Source: Candidatus Latescibacterota bacterium
Lineage (GTDB): Bacteria; Latescibacterota; UBA2968
Reading direction: 5' to 3'
Length of the DNA: 64,000 nucleotides
NCBI GenBank assembly: GCA_965222605.1
Contig: OZ244960.1
Location: 2,048,001 to 2,112,000 of the forward strand
Position numbers and translations under genes: made by a program
The notes under the pieces: generated by a model
Seen by the model: only the letters and a program-made list of their open reading frames with translations
What the model was told of the DNA's origin: nothing
Database searches by the model: none
Shown: piece by piece, positions 62,270 to 64,000 of the stretch
How positions within the stretch are numbered: the first letter of the stretch is position 1
Layout of the letters: every line of letters begins with the position of its first letter

Positions 62270-63889
62270 TTATTTTTTTTTAGGCATAATTCCAGATGGA
62301 GAGTCTCCCGGGTACCAGCGAGCGGCGTTAGTGTTCCCTACTTTGTGGATCTGTCCCTTAATTCTCAGATCTTGAAGTAATTTCTGAACCTGGACGTACG
62401 AGAGAGACGGCAGTACTTGCACAAGTTCCTTCAACTGACTCCCTTCTTTTCGGTTATCGCGAATGTGTTTCAGTAACAACGCCTTGTTTGTCTCGCGGTC
62501 TAACCCACGCTTGCGTGTGTAAGTCCCCGCCTTACCGATGTGCCGATAAAACCGTCGGGAGAGCATGAGCCGCAAGCCCCGCCCGCGTCCTACGCGCTCA
62601 ATGATTCCCTGTTCCAGCAGATGATTAACCCTTGACTGCAGGTCGTCGGGAACAGACTGCTCGCGGTGGACGAGATCAACCACCAAAAAATCGTTGATAC
62701 CGAATGTGGCCACTCGTTCTTGACCAATCTCTTCCAGAAAACGCAGAAACTCGGGGTCTTGAATCTCGCCCTGCAGTGTGAGCGATACGGAATGGGCATC
62801 TGTATGGGAGAAGTCGGGCAACGGCTTGCTTTGTCGGATGCTCTCGCTAAAGATAAAGTCAAATCCTTGCCCGGCGCGTTCGACCAATCCGCATTTGCCA
62901 AGGGCTTCGGCGATACGACGATTGCGCGGATTTTGTTGCCGAAGAATATTGTCAGGTGTGATGCCAAGCGGGAAACCACCGGGGCTGACAATCTCAATGC
63001 GTCGTGGGTACTGTCGAATGAAGACCGATCCTCCATGGCGATAATCGCGGTGACTCACCGCATTCAAGACAGCCTCGCGCACCACACGCTCATTGAAAGT
63101 GGGCACATCCCACACAAAGAGTCCTTGCTGGAACGATTGTCTGTCATTACGCAGGTTAATAAGTCGCCAGATTTCGTCGAGCACTGAGAGAAATCCCTGC
63201 CGGAACTCATGTCGTTCCGCCGCTGGTCCCGGTGCCTCATTGGATCGGTACTCGAAGATGACCTCCGATTGGGCAAGATATTTGCCCAGAGCTTCCCGCT
63301 TGCCAAGCAGGATCAATGCCGCGTAAGTCACCCGGCCATCGACTACCAACTCGGCATCTGACAAGAGTTGCTCTATGGGACGATTCGATATATCCTGGTC
63401 CGACGACTTAGACTGCCAGAGTCGGCGCAAAATCTCCACAGCATTTGGATCGAGATCTCCCAATTGTGCAGACGTACAAATCTCCGCCGAGAAATCGGGA
63501 CCGGACTCGACAAAAATGCGTTGGAGCAAGTCAGGAGTCATTGGAATAAGAGCTTCACCTCCACGCATCCAATACGCACCTTTATACTGTATAGGCATAC
63601 CGATTGAGCGAGAGGGAACCTGAAAGACCAGAACCCGGCCATCTGGATGCTGAATCTCCTCGACATCCATGCGAAGCCGCAACCGTTCAATCAGACCGGC
63701 CTTTGTCTTTTCGAGATTGGGAAAAACCCGGGTGCCAACTACTTTACGCGGCAGTTTATCCGTTACGCCCAATATCATTCTTCCACCGCCTTCATTGGCG
63801 AGGGCCACGCAGTACTTTACCAGGGTCTCAAAGTGGAAATTCTTCTTTGCCTCTTTGAACTCCAAGTGTTCATCTTCCCTGGCGTTCAT
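62270..63889 (-). CDS. Schlafen/AlbA_2 + HATPase_c_4 (RecG-C-like) + wHTH protein
   Basis: LEFKEA, ALANEGGG..LGVTD, REAVLNAVSHRDY, SPGGFP, RNRRIA, ERAGQG. Confidence 0.88.
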   Translation of the reverse strand: MNAREDEHLEFKEAKKNFHFETLVKYCVALANEGGGRMILGVTDKLPRKVVGTRVFPNLEKTKAGLIERLRLRMDVEEIQHPDGRVLVFQVPSRSIGMPIQYKGAYWMRGGEALIPMTPDLLQRIFVESGPDFSAEICTSAQLGDLDPNAVEILRRLWQSKSSDQDISNRPIEQLLSDAELVVDGRVTYAALILLGKREALGKYLAQSEVIFEYRSNEAPGPAAERHEFRQGFLSVLDEIWRLINLRNDRQSFQQGLFVWDVPTFNERVVREAVLNAVSHRDYRHGGSVFIRQYPRRIEIVSPGGFPLGITPDNILRQQNPRNRRIAEALGKCGLVERAGQGFDFIFSESIRQSKPLPDFSHTDAHSVSLTLQGEIQDPEFLRFLEEIGQERVATFGINDFLVVDLVHREQSVPDDLQSRVNHLLEQGIIERVGRGRGLRLMLSRRFYRHIGKAGTYTRKRGLDRETNKALLLKHIRDNRKEGSQLKELVQVLPSLSYVQVQKLLQDLRIKGQIHKVGNTNAARWYPGDSPSGIMPKKK

Positions 63890-64000
63890 CTAGGTCTGGA
63901 GTATGTTTTTGCAATGGTTCGGACACTTTTCGATAGATTTTTAACCAGCCAAAAACTCTAAGTTTCTATAAAACAAAGGTTTATAGAATGACCTGTTTTT

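Noticed and set aside
61720-62540. Diversity-generating retroelement template/variable repeat pair
   Set aside because: Mismatches are not adenine-specific on either strand and no reverse transcriptase is present

Overview
A 64 kb bacterial chromosomal window with no rRNA, tRNA or CRISPR array that I can see. The gene content (many PhyH-family dioxygenases, sulfatases, MacB/FtsX-type permeases, a DUF6785-like membrane protein and a GWxTD protein) resembles marine or sponge-associated Latescibacterota/Poribacteria-like genomes; this is an inference. Four blocks: (1) 1-14.1 kb, an AT-richer array of four MacB-like permeases and an ABC exporter, with a duplicated sigma54 promoter/enhancer module and scrambled duplicate fragments. 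(2) 14.2-38.6 kb and 44.3-53.1 kb, catabolic loci for sulfated and fucosylated substrates (4 sulfatases, GH151-like and GH29 fucosidases, GH32, aryl sulfotransferase, dehydratase) mixed with 8 PhyH genes; three of them replace the iron-binding HxD with HxG, the halogenase-type motif. (3) 38.7-44.2 kb, an accessory patch with IS256, cassette-like ORFs with decayed attC-like ends, an SSB fused to a DksA/TraR zinc finger, and a toxin-antitoxin pair. (4) 53.2-64 kb, BlaI, GWxTD, a kinase/permease deletion chimera, GT2, an IS982-like element inserted in a tandem repeat, and an AlbA-HATPase gene with a decayed partial copy. Several gene junctions look like deletion scars. All family calls come from motif recognition by eye, not from database searches.
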